Shown here: positions 21,601 to 32,278 of the stretch, piece by piece
How positions within the stretch are numbered: the first letter of the stretch is position 1
Layout: each line of letters begins with the position of its first letter
Source of the DNA: an uncultured Actinomycetes bacterium
GTDB lineage: Bacteria > Actinomycetota > Thermoleophilia > UBA2241
NCBI GenBank assembly: GCA_963725665.1
Contig: CAVRZA010000004.1
Location: 256,001-320,000 of the forward strand
Direction: 5' to 3'
Length of the DNA stretch: 64,000 nt
Translations under genes and position numbers: made by a program
Notes under the pieces: model-generated
The model's database searches: none
The model's input: only the letters and a program-made list of their open reading frames with translations
What the model was told of the DNA's origin: nothing

Positions 21601-21870
21601 GTGTGCAGGAACATCAAGACGTTGTACAACTTCGAGCCGCCGGCGACCGATGCCGAGATCAGGGCTGCCGCCTTGCAGTATGTGAGGAAGATCAGCGGAT
21701 TCGCGGCGCCCTCTGCCGCGAACGAAGAAGCGTTCGCGCACGCAGTGGACGAGGTCGCGGGGGCGTCCTCGGCCCTGCTCGGCCAGCTCGTGACCACCGC
21801 TCCCCCTCGGGATCGTGCGACCGAGGCCGCCAGGGCTCACGCTCGCGCGCTACGCAGATTCGGCTCATAG
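21601..21870 (+). CDS. DUF2277 protein
   Basis: MCRNIKTLYNFEPPAT..EIRAAALQYVRKISG. Confidence 0.9.
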   Translation: MCRNIKTLYNFEPPATDAEIRAAALQYVRKISGFAAPSAANEEAFAHAVDEVAGASSALLGQLVTTAPPRDRATEAARAHARALRRFGS

Positions 21871-22033
21871 CGGGCCGTGGGACAGTCGCGCGACCTCTGT
21901 CCGCTTTATGCCTCGCAGGGGCTCGACGCGGCTGTGACAGAGTCTCCTCCGCGCCCGTTGCCGCTTCGCCGTCGAGCAAGTAGAGTCCTAAGCTCCCAGA
22001 GTACGTTCGCCCATGGGCAAAGGAGCGGCCAAC

Positions 22034-23194
22034 ATGCAGAAGCGGTTCCTGCTGACACCCGGACCGACCCCCGTCCCGCCCGAGGTGCTCCTGGCCTCCG
22101 CGGAGCCGGTCGTCCATCACCGCGCGCCGCGCTTCACGGAGATCCTCAAAGGCGTGATCGCCGGTCTGAAGTACGTCTTCCAGACCGGGAACGACATCAT
22201 CATCTTCGCCTCGTCGGGCACGGGGGCGATGGAGTCCGCCGTGGTCAACACGGTGTCGCCCGGCGACCAGGTGCTAGTGACCTCTTGTGGCAACTTCGGC
22301 GAACGCTGGAACAAGCTGGCGACGACCTACGGCGCCGTTGTGACTCTGCTCGAGTACGAGTGGGGCACAAAGGTCGACCCCGACGACGTCCGCAAGGCAT
22401 TGGCGGAGAACCCAGCCATCAAGGCGGTGTTCGTCCAGCAGAGCGAGACGTCGACCGGCGTCGTCAACGACGTTGCGGCCATCGGCGCCATCGTCGCTGA
22501 GACGCCGGCCCTCCTCGTGGTGGACGCCATCTCCGGGCTTGGAGCCACTGATCTCAAGACTGACGCCTGGCACGTCGATGTGTGCGTGGCGGGCTCGCAG
22601 AAGGCGCTCATGACACCACCCGGCCTGGCCTTCGTCGCCGTCTCCGAGAAGGCCTGGCCGGTGATCGAGGCCAACGCCGCGCCGCGCTTCTACTTCGACT
22701 TCGTGAGCTACCGCAAGAAGATGACCGGCGACGCGGCGCAGACGCCCTACACGCCGGCGGTGTCGGCGCTGGTAGCGCAAAGCAAGGCCATCGAGATGAT
22801 CCGCGAAGAGGGGCTCGAGAACGTCTTCGAGCGTCACCGCGTGCTCTCACGTGCGGCCAAAGAGGGCATGAAGGCCCTCGGCCTGGAGCTCTTCGGTCCC
22901 GATGACCCCGAAGCCAACTCCGTGACAGCAGTGAGAGTCCCGGAGGGCGTCGACGGCGCGCAGATCGGCAAGCTGGCGCGCGACAAATACGGCGTCTGGC
23001 TCGCCGGCGGCCAGGGCAAGCTCAAGGGCAAGATCTTCCGCCTCGGTCACTGCGGCTACTTCGGCGCGTCGGACATCGTCGTCGGGCTCTCCACCGTCGA
23101 GATGGTCCTGGCGCAGCTCGGCTACGACGTGCCCCTCGGAGCCTCGCTGGCCGCCGCCGAGCGGGTCTTCCTGAAGAGCGAGGTGGCGCTGTGA
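22034..23194 (+). CDS. Class V aminotransferase (serine-pyruvate/alanine-glyoxylate family; probable SerC role)
   Basis: LTPGPT, SGTGAME, ETSTG and GSQKAL (PLP Lys) motifs; GTGA coupling to serA. Confidence 0.88.
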   Translation: MQKRFLLTPGPTPVPPEVLLASAEPVVHHRAPRFTEILKGVIAGLKYVFQTGNDIIIFASSGTGAMESAVVNTVSPGDQVLVTSCGNFGERWNKLATTYGAVVTLLEYEWGTKVDPDDVRKALAENPAIKAVFVQQSETSTGVVNDVAAIGAIVAETPALLVVDAISGLGATDLKTDAWHVDVCVAGSQKALMTPPGLAFVAVSEKAWPVIEANAAPRFYFDFVSYRKKMTGDAAQTPYTPAVSALVAQSKAIEMIREEGLENVFERHRVLSRAAKEGMKALGLELFGPDDPEANSVTAVRVPEGVDGAQIGKLARDKYGVWLAGGQGKLKGKIFRLGHCGYFGASDIVVGLSTVEMVLAQLGYDVPLGASLAAAERVFLKSEVAL

Positions 23195-24789
23195 GCGAGG
23201 CTCGCAAGAAGGTCCTCGTCAAGGACAAGCTCGGCAAGGCGGGCGTCGACCTCCTGGAGCAGGAGTTCGACGTCGTGCAGGGGATCGACTGGGACCAGGG
23301 CGAGTTCGTGCGTCGCATCGGTGAGTTCGACGGACTCGTCGTGCGTTCCGCAGCCAGGGTCACGGCAGAGGTCATCGAGGCAGGAACGCGTCTCAAGGTG
23401 ATCGGGCGTGCCGGCGTGGGCGTCGACAACATCGACGTCGAGGCGGCGACAAGGCGCGGCATCGTCGTCGTGAACGCACCGCAGAGCAACGTGCTCTCGG
23501 CGGCCGAGCACACCATCGCCATGCTGCTCGCCTGCGCGCGCAACATCCCGCAGGCCCACAGCGCCTTGAAGGCCGGCCGCTGGGAGAAATCGCGCTGGGG
23601 TGGCGTCGAGGTGCAGGACAAGACGCTCGGCGTCATCGGGCTCGGCCGCATCGGCTTCCTCGTCGCGCAGCGAGCCAAGGGTCTCGGCATGCGCGTCATC
23701 GCCTACGACCCCTACGTGCCGGTGGAGCGCTTCCGCGAGCTCGACCTCGATCGGGCGGACTCGCCCGAGAAGGTCTACCGCGAGGCGGACTTCATCACCG
23801 TGCACCTGCCCAAGAACGCCGAGACGCTCGGCTTCGTCGATGACGAGGCGTTCGCGCAGATGAAGGACGGCGTGCGCGTGGTCAACGTCGCCCGGGGCGG
23901 CATCATCGACGAGGAGTCGCTGGCGCGCGCTCTGGAGAGCGGCAAGGTGGCGGCTGCAGGGGTTGACGTGTTCCCGGTGGAGCCGACCACCGACGACCTT
24001 CTGCTGGCCTACGATGCCGTCGTCGTGACGCCTCACCTGGGGGCCTCGACGGCAGAGGCGAGCGTGCGGGCCGGGACGATCATCGCCGAGCAGGTCTCGG
24101 CGGCGCTCAAGGGCGAGCTCGCCGGCAACGCCGTCAACGTCCCTCTCGTCCCGGGCGAAGAGGCCGACGAGCTCATGCCGTTCCTTCCGGTCTGCAGGAT
24201 GTTGGGGGAGCTGGTCACCCAGCTCTCCGACGGACCCGTCGACGATCTCGAGATCGCCTACGAGGGCAACGTAGCACGCTACGACACGCGTATCCTCACC
24301 GTCGCGGTCCTGGAGGGGATCCTCAAGAACACCGTCGAGGACGAGGTCAACTTCGTCAGTGCGGGCCCGATGGCCGAGGAGCGTGGCATCTCCTACAGGG
24401 AGGAGAAGAATCCGGTCGTCACCGACTTCCTCAGCCTTGTGCGGGTGCGCGCCTTCGACGCAGAGCATGAGCTGGTCGTGGCGGGCACCACCCTCGGACC
24501 TCGCCACCGGCCGCGCTTCGTCACTGTCTATGGCCTCGACCTCGACATCGAGCCGGTCGAGCACATGGTCTTCGTGCGCGCGCAGTCGCCCGCGCCGGGC
24601 ACGTTCGGCAAGATTGGCACGCTCCTCGGCGGCTTCGGTGTCAACGTCTTGCAGGTCTCTGTGGCGAAGGCCGGTGAGGACGAGCCCGGCGTGATGGGGC
24701 TCGCCCTCGACGCGCCTATCGCCGAGACGCAGCTGGTCGAGCTCGTGGAGGCGGCCGGCCTGCTCGACGCCAAGCGCGTCGAGCTGTAG
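23191..24789 (+). CDS. serA: D-3-phosphoglycerate dehydrogenase
   Basis: RAGVGVDNID, GLGRIG and TPHLGAST motifs; ASB and ACT domains. Confidence 0.93.
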   Translation: MSEARKKVLVKDKLGKAGVDLLEQEFDVVQGIDWDQGEFVRRIGEFDGLVVRSAARVTAEVIEAGTRLKVIGRAGVGVDNIDVEAATRRGIVVVNAPQSNVLSAAEHTIAMLLACARNIPQAHSALKAGRWEKSRWGGVEVQDKTLGVIGLGRIGFLVAQRAKGLGMRVIAYDPYVPVERFRELDLDRADSPEKVYREADFITVHLPKNAETLGFVDDEAFAQMKDGVRVVNVARGGIIDEESLARALESGKVAAAGVDVFPVEPTTDDLLLAYDAVVVTPHLGASTAEASVRAGTIIAEQVSAALKGELAGNAVNVPLVPGEEADELMPFLPVCRMLGELVTQLSDGPVDDLEIAYEGNVARYDTRILTVAVLEGILKNTVEDEVNFVSAGPMAEERGISYREEKNPVVTDFLSLVRVRAFDAEHELVVAGTTLGPRHRPRFVTVYGLDLDIEPVEHMVFVRAQSPAPGTFGKIGTLLGGFGVNVLQVSVAKAGEDEPGVMGLALDAPIAETQLVELVEAAGLLDAKRVEL

Positions 24790-24886
24790 CGGCGGGGTGG
24801 GCGGGGGCGGCGGCCCTCGCGGCCGCCGCCCCCGCCGTCCGTGCCCCGTCTGCTGCGCCCGGCCTTGCCATGTCCGGAAGGCTCGC

Positions 24887-24916
24887 TTGCGCCTGGTTCG
24901 CGCGGCGACATACAAT
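24887..24916 (+). promoter_or_regulatory. leu operon promoter
   Basis: TTGCGC-18 bp-TACAAT. Confidence 0.6.
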
Positions 24917-24925
24917 CGCCAGACC

Positions 24926-25033
24926 ATGCATCACGGTGAGTCGAGAGAGACGTCTGATGTACCCGGGATCGTCGCGGGGCGCTTGCTCCTGCTCCCGGTC
25001 GTGGTGCTCCTCCCCCCGCGGGGGGATAGGTAG
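24926..25033 (+). CDS. Leu/Val-rich leader (attenuator) peptide, 35 aa
   Basis: MHHGESRETSDVPGIVAGRLLLLPVVVLLPPRGDR*, located between the promoter and leuA. Confidence 0.7.
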   Translation: MHHGESRETSDVPGIVAGRLLLLPVVVLLPPRGDR

Positions 25034-25123
25034 ACACCAGCCCGGGCCCCGTGCCCACACGCTCTCCCACTCATTGACGGCCACCTCGTGGTCGACCCAC
25101 CCTCCGACGAAGGGCGGAACGCC

Positions 25124-26698
25124 GTGAGCAGACGCCACATCCACATCTTCGACACGACCCTGCGCGACGGTGAGCAAGCGCCGGGCGCGAGCATGAACAG
25201 GGCCGAGAAGCTCGAGGTCGCTCAGCAACTCGCGCGCCTCAACGTCGACATCATCGAGGCCGGCTTCCCCATCGCCTCCCCCGACGACTTCGAGGCGGTG
25301 AAAGCGATCGCCAAGCAGGTGCAAGGACCGCGCATAGCCGGTCTTGCACGGGCCATCGAGCAGGACGTGCGCTCGGCCTGGGACGCGGTGAAGCACGCGC
25401 CTCGGGCGCGCATCCACACGTTCATCTCGACCAGCCCCCTGCACCTGAAGTACCAGATCCGCAAGACCGAGGCCGAGGTGCTCGCCGACACCGAGGCCAT
25501 GGTCACGCTCTCCAAGCAGCTCACCGCCGGGCACGCCGACGCCGACGTCGAGTTCAGCGCCATGGACGCCAGCCGATCCGAACCCAGCTTCCTGGCCGAG
25601 ACCGTCGGCGTCGCCATCGCCGCCGGGGCCACGACCATCAATATCCCGGACACTGTCGGCTACGCGCTGCCGCTTGAGTTCGGCGACTTTATCGGCGAGC
25701 TCTTCCGGCGCTGTCCGGCTCTCGCCGATGTCGTCGTGAGCGTGCACTGCCACAACGACCTGGGCCTGGCCACGGCCAACTCGCTGGCCGCCGTGCGTGG
25801 CGGCGCGACCCAGGTCGAATGCGCCGTGAACGGCATCGGGGAGCGGGCCGGCAACGCCTCACTCGAAGAGGTCGTCATGGCCATCCGCACGCGCGGCGAC
25901 TACTTCGACGCCGAGACGACGGTGCGCACCGAGGAGATCGCGCGCACGAGCAAGCTGGTCTCGAACGTGACGGGCTACGCGATCCAGCCCAACAAGGCCA
26001 TCGTGGGCCGCAACGCTTTCGCGCACGAGTCGGGCATCCACCAGGACGGCATCCTCAAGGAGGCCTCGACCTTCGAGATCATGCGCGCCGCCGACGTCGG
26101 GCTCACCGAGAGCGACCTGGTGCTGGGCAAGCACAGCGGACGTCACGCCCTGCGCGCCCGGCTCTCGGAGCTCGGCTACGAGCTGTCGGGCGACGAGCTC
26201 GACGAGGCCTTCCGTCGCTTCAAGGGCATCGCCGACAAGAAGAAGGAAGTCACGGTCGCCGACCTCGAGGCGCTCGTCGGCGAGGAGATCCGTGAGCGCA
26301 CGGACCACTTCACGCTGCGCAGCTTCGTCATGCAGGCGGGCTCGAGCATAATCCCCACGACGCAGGTCGAGGTCGAGGTGCGCGGCCGCCTGCGGCGTGG
26401 CAAGAGCTTCTCCAACGGCACGGTCGAGTCCATCTTCAAGGCTATCGACAACGCCGTCGGCATGAAGGGCTCGCTGGCCGACTACCAGGTGCGTGCGGTC
26501 ACGGCCGGCAAGGACGCGCTGGCCGAGGTACGCGTGGCCGTGGCGGTCGACGACGAGACCTACAACGGCCAGGCTGTGAGCTTCGATGTGATGGAGGCGT
26601 CCGCCAAAGCCTACGTGCGGGCTATGAACAACGCCGCCACCGCGCAGGGGCGCGAGCGTCTCCTGGCCCGCCAGGCGACGACGGTGAAGGGGCAGTGA
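25124..26698 (+). CDS. leuA: 2-isopropylmalate synthase
   Basis: [24 protein letters not shown] and HESGIHQDG motifs. Confidence 0.95.
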   Translation: MSRRHIHIFDTTLRDGEQAPGASMNRAEKLEVAQQLARLNVDIIEAGFPIASPDDFEAVKAIAKQVQGPRIAGLARAIEQDVRSAWDAVKHAPRARIHTFISTSPLHLKYQIRKTEAEVLADTEAMVTLSKQLTAGHADADVEFSAMDASRSEPSFLAETVGVAIAAGATTINIPDTVGYALPLEFGDFIGELFRRCPALADVVVSVHCHNDLGLATANSLAAVRGGATQVECAVNGIGERAGNASLEEVVMAIRTRGDYFDAETTVRTEEIARTSKLVSNVTGYAIQPNKAIVGRNAFAHESGIHQDGILKEASTFEIMRAADVGLTESDLVLGKHSGRHALRARLSELGYELSGDELDEAFRRFKGIADKKKEVTVADLEALVGEEIRERTDHFTLRSFVMQAGSSIIPTTQVEVEVRGRLRRGKSFSNGTVESIFKAIDNAVGMKGSLADYQVRAVTAGKDALAEVRVAVAVDDETYNGQAVSFDVMEASAKAYVRAMNNAATAQGRERLLARQATTVKGQ

Positions 26699-28005
26699 TG
26701 GCACACACGATCGCCGAGAAGATCCTGGCGCGGGCTGCGGGGCGCGACGAAGTCGCACCGGGCGAGATCATCGAGGTGCCCGTCGACCTGGCCCTGGCCA
26801 ACGACATAACCGCGCCCATGGCCATCGCCGAGTTCGAGAAGGCTGGGTTCGGCAAGGTGTTCGACCCGGCGAAGATCGCCCTGGTGCCCGACCACTTCGC
26901 GCCCAACAAGGACATCAAGGCGGCGGGACAGAGCAAGCTGATGCGCGAGTTCGCCCGCAAGTACGGCATCGTGCACTATTTCGAGGTCGGACGCATGGGG
27001 ATCGAGCACGTGCTGCTCCCCGAGCAGGGGCTCGTCGCGCCGGGCGACGTCGTGATCGGCGCCGATTCGCACACGTGTACCTACGGCGCCCTGGCTCTGT
27101 TCTCGACCGGCGTCGGCTCGACGGACTTCGCCGCCGCGATGGCGTGGGGCCGCGTGTGGCTGCGTGTGCCCGAGTCGATCAGGTTCGTCTACCAGGGGAT
27201 ACCGCGCCGGCACGTCGTCGGCAAGGACCTGATGCTGCACACCATCGGCCTCATCGGGGTCGACGGGGCTCTCTACAAAGCGATGGAGTTCGCCGGCGAG
27301 GCGATCGACGGCCTCTCGATCGACGGCCGCTTCACGATGTGCAACATGGCCATCGAGGCGGGTGGCAAGTGCGGCCTCGTCGGCTTCGACGAGACGACGG
27401 CGGCCTATCTCGAGTCGAGGCCCGAGGGCAGCCGCGCGCGCCAGGTGCGTCGGGTGTTCGCGAGCGATGCCGACGCCGAGTACGAGCGGGTCGTCGAGGT
27501 CGATGCCGGCGCGATCGAGCCCACGGTGGCCCGCCCGCACTTGCCCTCGAACACCGTCTCGGCCGCGGAGCTCACCGACGTGACCATCGATCAGGTAGTC
27601 GTCGGCTCGTGCACGAACGGGCATCTCGAGGACCTGCACCAGGCGGCGGAGGTGTTGCGGGGCCGGCGCGTGCACCCCGACGTACGCCTGATCGTGCTGC
27701 CCGGCTCGCAGCAGGTCTATCTCGACGCCCTGGCCGACGGCACGATGCAGGCGCTCGTCGAGGCAGGCGCCGCCTTCTCGACGCCGACCTGCGGCGCCTG
27801 CCTCGGAGGGCACATGGGCGTCCTGGCGGCCGGTGAGCGTGCGGTGGCCACGACCAACCGCAACTTCGTCGGCCGCATGGGGCACCCCGAGAGCGAGATC
27901 TACCTGGCCAACCCCTATGTGGCCGCCGCCTCCGCCGTCGCGGGGCATGTGGCGACGCCGGAGATGCTCGAGAGGGAACGCGTGGCGACGGGAGGGCGGT
28001 CATGA
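26698..28005 (+). CDS. leuC: 3-isopropylmalate dehydratase large subunit
   Basis: GADSHTC, GSCTNG, CGACLG and TNRNF motifs. Confidence 0.93.
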   Translation: MAHTIAEKILARAAGRDEVAPGEIIEVPVDLALANDITAPMAIAEFEKAGFGKVFDPAKIALVPDHFAPNKDIKAAGQSKLMREFARKYGIVHYFEVGRMGIEHVLLPEQGLVAPGDVVIGADSHTCTYGALALFSTGVGSTDFAAAMAWGRVWLRVPESIRFVYQGIPRRHVVGKDLMLHTIGLIGVDGALYKAMEFAGEAIDGLSIDGRFTMCNMAIEAGGKCGLVGFDETTAAYLESRPEGSRARQVRRVFASDADAEYERVVEVDAGAIEPTVARPHLPSNTVSAAELTDVTIDQVVVGSCTNGHLEDLHQAAEVLRGRRVHPDVRLIVLPGSQQVYLDALADGTMQALVEAGAAFSTPTCGACLGGHMGVLAAGERAVATTNRNFVGRMGHPESEIYLANPYVAAASAVAGHVATPEMLERERVATGGRS

Positions 28006-28502
28006 TGTTCGAGGGCACGGCGCACGTGTTCGGCCGCGACGTCGACACTGACGTCATCATCCCGGCCCGCTACCTGAACACCAGCGACCCCGCCGAGTTG
28101 GGGGCGCACTGCATGGAGGACATCGACGCCGGGTTCGTGCGCCGCGTGCGGCCGGGCGACGTCATCGTCGCCGGCGAGAACTTCGGCTGCGGCTCCTCGC
28201 GCGAGCACGCGCCCGTGGCCATCAAGGCCGCAGGCGTCTCGTGCGTCGTCGCGGCGAGCTTCGCGCGCATCTTCTACCGCAACGCCATCAACACCGGCCT
28301 GCCGATCGTCGTCTCGAAGGAGGCGGCGGCCGGCGTGCGCGCGGGCGACCGTCTGCGCATCGATCCGGCTGCCGGCCTGGTCGAGGACCTGACGCAGGGC
28401 ACTCGCTACGCGGCCGACGCGTTCCCACCCTTCATGCAGGAGCTCATCGAGCGCGGCGGCCTTCTGCCGTACGTCCGGGCGCGTCTGGCGGAGCAGTCGT
28501 GA
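28002..28502 (+). CDS. leuD: 3-isopropylmalate dehydratase small subunit
   Basis: DTDVIIP and NFGCGSSREHA motifs. Confidence 0.95.
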   Translation: MMFEGTAHVFGRDVDTDVIIPARYLNTSDPAELGAHCMEDIDAGFVRRVRPGDVIVAGENFGCGSSREHAPVAIKAAGVSCVVAASFARIFYRNAINTGLPIVVSKEAAAGVRAGDRLRIDPAAGLVEDLTQGTRYAADAFPPFMQELIERGGLLPYVRARLAEQS

Positions 28503-29596
28503 CGCCCGCCGAGACCTACCGGGTGCTGCTCCTGCCGGGCGACGGTGTCGGCCCTGAAATCATCGCTGCCGCGCAGCGTGTCCTCGACGAGGCGGCCGCT
28601 CGCTTCGGCTTCTCGCTGGCTTACGAGACCGGGCTCGCCGGCGGCGCGGCCATCGACGCGACCGGCGCGCCGCTCGAGCCCGGTCTCGTCGCGCGCTGCG
28701 CCGCCAGTGACGCCGTCTTCCTCGGCGCCGTCGGCGGTCCGCGCTGGGAGACCACCGACCCTGACAGGCCGCGGCCGGAGCAGGGGCTCCTGGCGCTGCG
28801 CAAGGGGCTCGGACTGTTCGCCAACCTGCGGCCAGTCAAATGCCATGCGCCGCTCGCCTTCGCCAGCACGCTGAAGCCCGAGGTGATCGCTGGCGTCGAC
28901 ATCATGGTCGTGCGCGAGCTCACCGGCGGCCTCTACTTCGGCGAGCGCGAACGAACGGCCGACACGGCCTACGACACGATGTACTACGAGCGCGGCGAGA
29001 TCGAGCGCATCGTGGCCTTCGCCTGCGAGCTCGCGCGCGGCCGCCGGCGCGAGCTGACGAGCGTCGACAAGGCCAACGTGCTCGAGAGCTCGCGCCTGTG
29101 GCGCGAGGTGGCTGAGGAGGTGGCGCAGCGCTACGAAGACGTCTCGCTGCGCCACCTCTACGTCGACAACGCCGCCATGCAGCTCGTGCGCGAGCCGAGG
29201 CAGTTCGACGTGATCGTGACGGAGAACATGTTCGGCGACATCCTCTCCGACGAGGCGGCCATGCTCACCGGCAGCATCGGCATGCTGCCGTCGGTGAGCG
29301 TGGGCGCCGGCGGTGTCTCGCTCTACGAGCCGATCCACGGCACGGCGCCCGACATCGCCGGCCGCGGAGTCGTGAACCCGTGCGCCACTATCCTTTCGGG
29401 GGCGCTGATGCTCGACCTGAGCTTCGCCCGCAAGGAGGCCGCGCGCGCCGTGGAGCGCGCGGTGGAACGCGCGCTCGACGGCGGCGCGCGCACGGCCGAC
29501 ATCGCGCAGCAGGGGGAAGCGGCGCTGTCGACCGAACAGATGACCGACCGAGTGATCGCCGAGCTCGCTCTCGCTGGCGAAGAGGTGACGGCGTGA
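28499..29596 (+). CDS. leuB: 3-isopropylmalate dehydrogenase
   Basis: [27 protein letters not shown] and [12 protein letters not shown] motifs. Confidence 0.95.
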   Translation: MTPAETYRVLLLPGDGVGPEIIAAAQRVLDEAAARFGFSLAYETGLAGGAAIDATGAPLEPGLVARCAASDAVFLGAVGGPRWETTDPDRPRPEQGLLALRKGLGLFANLRPVKCHAPLAFASTLKPEVIAGVDIMVVRELTGGLYFGERERTADTAYDTMYYERGEIERIVAFACELARGRRRELTSVDKANVLESSRLWREVAEEVAQRYEDVSLRHLYVDNAAMQLVREPRQFDVIVTENMFGDILSDEAAMLTGSIGMLPSVSVGAGGVSLYEPIHGTAPDIAGRGVVNPCATILSGALMLDLSFARKEAARAVERAVERALDGGARTADIAQQGEAALSTEQMTDRVIAELALAGEEVTA

Positions 29597-29666
29597 CGCC
29601 GGCGACGCCGCCGGCGACCAGACCGAGAAACGACACGACGCGCAGAAGCGTGGAGAGGAGGCGACG

Positions 29667-30587
29667 GTGTCGATCACGCCCGTTGAGAAGATCTGGATGA
29701 ACGGAGAGCTCGTGCCCTGGGACGAGGCGCGCATCCACGTCCTGACCCACGCGCTGCACTACGGCTCGGGCGTCTTCGAGGGCGTGCGCGCCTACGAGAC
29801 GGCCCGTGGCGCGGCGGTCTTCCGCCTGACCGACCACCTGCGCCGCCTCGAGCGCTCGGCCAAGCTCTACTACATGTCGCTGCCGTACTCCGTCGAGGAG
29901 CTCGTCCAGGCGACCAAGGACGTCATCGCCGCCAACGGCCTCAGTGCCTGCTACATCCGGCCGCTGGCCTACCGTGGCTACGGCGAGATGGGTCTCTTTC
30001 CCCTCAAGGCGACGGTCGACTGCATCGTCGCCGTCTGGCCGTGGGGGACCTACCTGGGCGACGAGGGCATCAAGCACGGCATCCGCGCCAAGGTCTCGAC
30101 CATCCAGGCGCTCGGCCACACGCAGCTCGCACGCGCGGCCAAGGCCACCGGGCAGTACCTCAACAGCATCCTGGCCAAGGTCGAGGTGGTCAACGCCGGC
30201 TACGACGAGGCGATCATGCTCGACGATCACGGGCGCGTCGCCGAGGGCTCCGGGGAGAACATCTTCCTCGTGCGCGACGGCGTGATCTACACGCCGTTTC
30301 CGGCCGACGGCGTGCTCGAGGGCCTCACGCGCGACACGGTGCTGCGCATCGCGGAGTCGGAGGGCATCAGGGCGGAGGAACGCACGCTGGCTCGCAGCGA
30401 CCTGGTCCTAGCCGACGAGCTCTTCTTCACCGGCACGGCGGCCGAGATCGTCCCCATCCGCGAGGTCGACGACCATCCCATCGGCGAGCCCGGACCCATC
30501 ACACGTCGCATGCAGGAGCGCTTCCGGGACATCGTCGAGGGACGCGACGAGGAGTTCGGCCACTACTTGGAGTACGTGACGGGGTAG
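29667..30587 (+). CDS. ilvE: Branched-chain amino acid aminotransferase
   Basis: LHYG..VFEG, AKATGQY, EGSGENIF and TGTAAE motifs. Confidence 0.94.
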   Translation: MSITPVEKIWMNGELVPWDEARIHVLTHALHYGSGVFEGVRAYETARGAAVFRLTDHLRRLERSAKLYYMSLPYSVEELVQATKDVIAANGLSACYIRPLAYRGYGEMGLFPLKATVDCIVAVWPWGTYLGDEGIKHGIRAKVSTIQALGHTQLARAAKATGQYLNSILAKVEVVNAGYDEAIMLDDHGRVAEGSGENIFLVRDGVIYTPFPADGVLEGLTRDTVLRIAESEGIRAEERTLARSDLVLADELFFTGTAAEIVPIREVDDHPIGEPGPITRRMQERFRDIVEGRDEEFGHYLEYVTG

Positions 30588-30601
30588 GCGGGGAGGCAGC
30601 G

Positions 30602-32278
30602 ATGAGCGGCACAGGGGTCCGGCTCTACGACACCACGCTACGCGACGGCATGCAGCAGGAGGGCATGTCGGTCTCGGTCGACGAAAAGGTGCGCATCGCC
30701 CTCAAGCTCGACGAGCTCGGCATCCACTTCATCGAGGGCGGCTTTCCCGCCTCCAACCCCAAGGAGCTCGCTTTCTTCGAACAGATGGAACGCGAGCATC
30801 TGCAGCACTCCCGGCTGGTCGCCTTCGGCATGACGCGGCGCAAGGGCGTGAAGCCCGAAGACGATGAGGGCCTGCAGGTGCTCGCCGATACTTTCACTGA
30901 GACCGTGGCCATCGTGGGCAAGACATGGGGGCTGCACCTCTCGAAGGTGCTGCGCGTGAGCCGCGACGAGAACCTGCGCATGATCGCCGACAGCGTCGGC
31001 TTCCTCGTCGCGAAGGGCAAGTCGGTCGTCTACGACGCGGAGCACTTCTTCGACGCCTACCGGGACGACCCCCCCTACGCGCTGCAGTGTGCGCGTGCGG
31101 CGGCCGCGGCCGGCGCCGGCGTCGTTTGCCTCTGCGACACCAACGGCGCCTCGCTGCCGGGGTTCGTCCGTGACACGGTCGCTGCGGTGGTCGCCGCCGT
31201 CCCCGCCGAGATCGGGGTGCATATACACAACGACACCGACTGCGCGGTGGCGGGCAGCCTCGTCGCCGTCGAGGCGGGCGCGACGCACGTGCAGGGCACG
31301 ATGAACGGCTACGGCGAGCGCTGCGGCAACGCCAACCTCACCTCGATCATCCCGGCGCTCGTCCTCAAGATGGGTCTGCCCGTGGTGACCGAGGAACAGC
31401 TCGCTCGCCTCACCGAGACGGCGCACTTCGTGGCCGAGACGGTCAACGTCGCGCTGTGGGCGCACCAGCCCTACGTGGGCCGCACCGCCTTCGCTCACAA
31501 GGGCGGGCTGCACGTGGCGGCCGTCGACGCGGCGCCGCAGACCTTCGAGCATGTCGATCCCGAGCTCGTCGGCAACGAGCAGCGTATCCTCATCTCGGAG
31601 CTGTCCGGAAAGGCCGCTGTGCTGCGCAAGGCGCGTGAGCTCGGCATCGTCCTCGAGGGCGACGACGAGCGCGTCGGCGGCGTCCTGAAGCACCTCAAGG
31701 AGAGGGAACACCAGGGCTACCACTACGAGGCCGCCGACGCCTCGTTCGAGCTCCTCTTGCGCGAACGGCTCGACCCGCCCGAGCCCCTGTTCAGGCTCGA
31801 GAGCTTCCGCGTGATCGTGGAGAAGCGCGAGGACGGCAAGGTCATGACGGAGGCCACGGTCAAGGTCCACGCCGGCGGCGAGCGGCTGATCGCGACCGCC
31901 GAGGGAAACGGCCCCGTGAACGCGCTCGACAAGGCGCTGCGCCTGGCCATCACCCGCAAGCACCCCCACCTCGCCGATATCGACCTGGTGAACTACAAGG
32001 TGCGTATCCTCGACGAGGCGAAGGGAACCGGGGCGGTGACGCGCGTCCTGCTCGACGCGAGCGACGGCGAGGAGAGCTGGGGCAGCATCGGCGTCTCGGA
32101 GAACGTCATCGAGGCCAGTTGGGAGGCTCTGGTCGACTCCATCGTCTACGGGATGCTGCACGTGGCCGGGCCGCAGCGAGAGACGCCATCGAAGGGCCCG
32201 GTCGCGGATCGAGCAGCTCCTGATGGAGCCGGAGGGACGGACGCCGACGCATCTTCGCAGGGGACTCCCGGCCCATGA
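30602..32278 (+). CDS. cimA: Citramalate synthase
   Basis: YDTTLRDG, YDAEHFFD, CDTNG, AFAHKGGLH and GNGPVNALD motifs. Confidence 0.9.
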   Translation: MSGTGVRLYDTTLRDGMQQEGMSVSVDEKVRIALKLDELGIHFIEGGFPASNPKELAFFEQMEREHLQHSRLVAFGMTRRKGVKPEDDEGLQVLADTFTETVAIVGKTWGLHLSKVLRVSRDENLRMIADSVGFLVAKGKSVVYDAEHFFDAYRDDPPYALQCARAAAAAGAGVVCLCDTNGASLPGFVRDTVAAVVAAVPAEIGVHIHNDTDCAVAGSLVAVEAGATHVQGTMNGYGERCGNANLTSIIPALVLKMGLPVVTEEQLARLTETAHFVAETVNVALWAHQPYVGRTAFAHKGGLHVAAVDAAPQTFEHVDPELVGNEQRILISELSGKAAVLRKARELGIVLEGDDERVGGVLKHLKEREHQGYHYEAADASFELLLRERLDPPEPLFRLESFRVIVEKREDGKVMTEATVKVHAGGERLIATAEGNGPVNALDKALRLAITRKHPHLADIDLVNYKVRILDEAKGTGAVTRVLLDASDGEESWGSIGVSENVIEASWEALVDSIVYGMLHVAGPQRETPSKGPVADRAAPDGAGGTDADASSQGTPGP

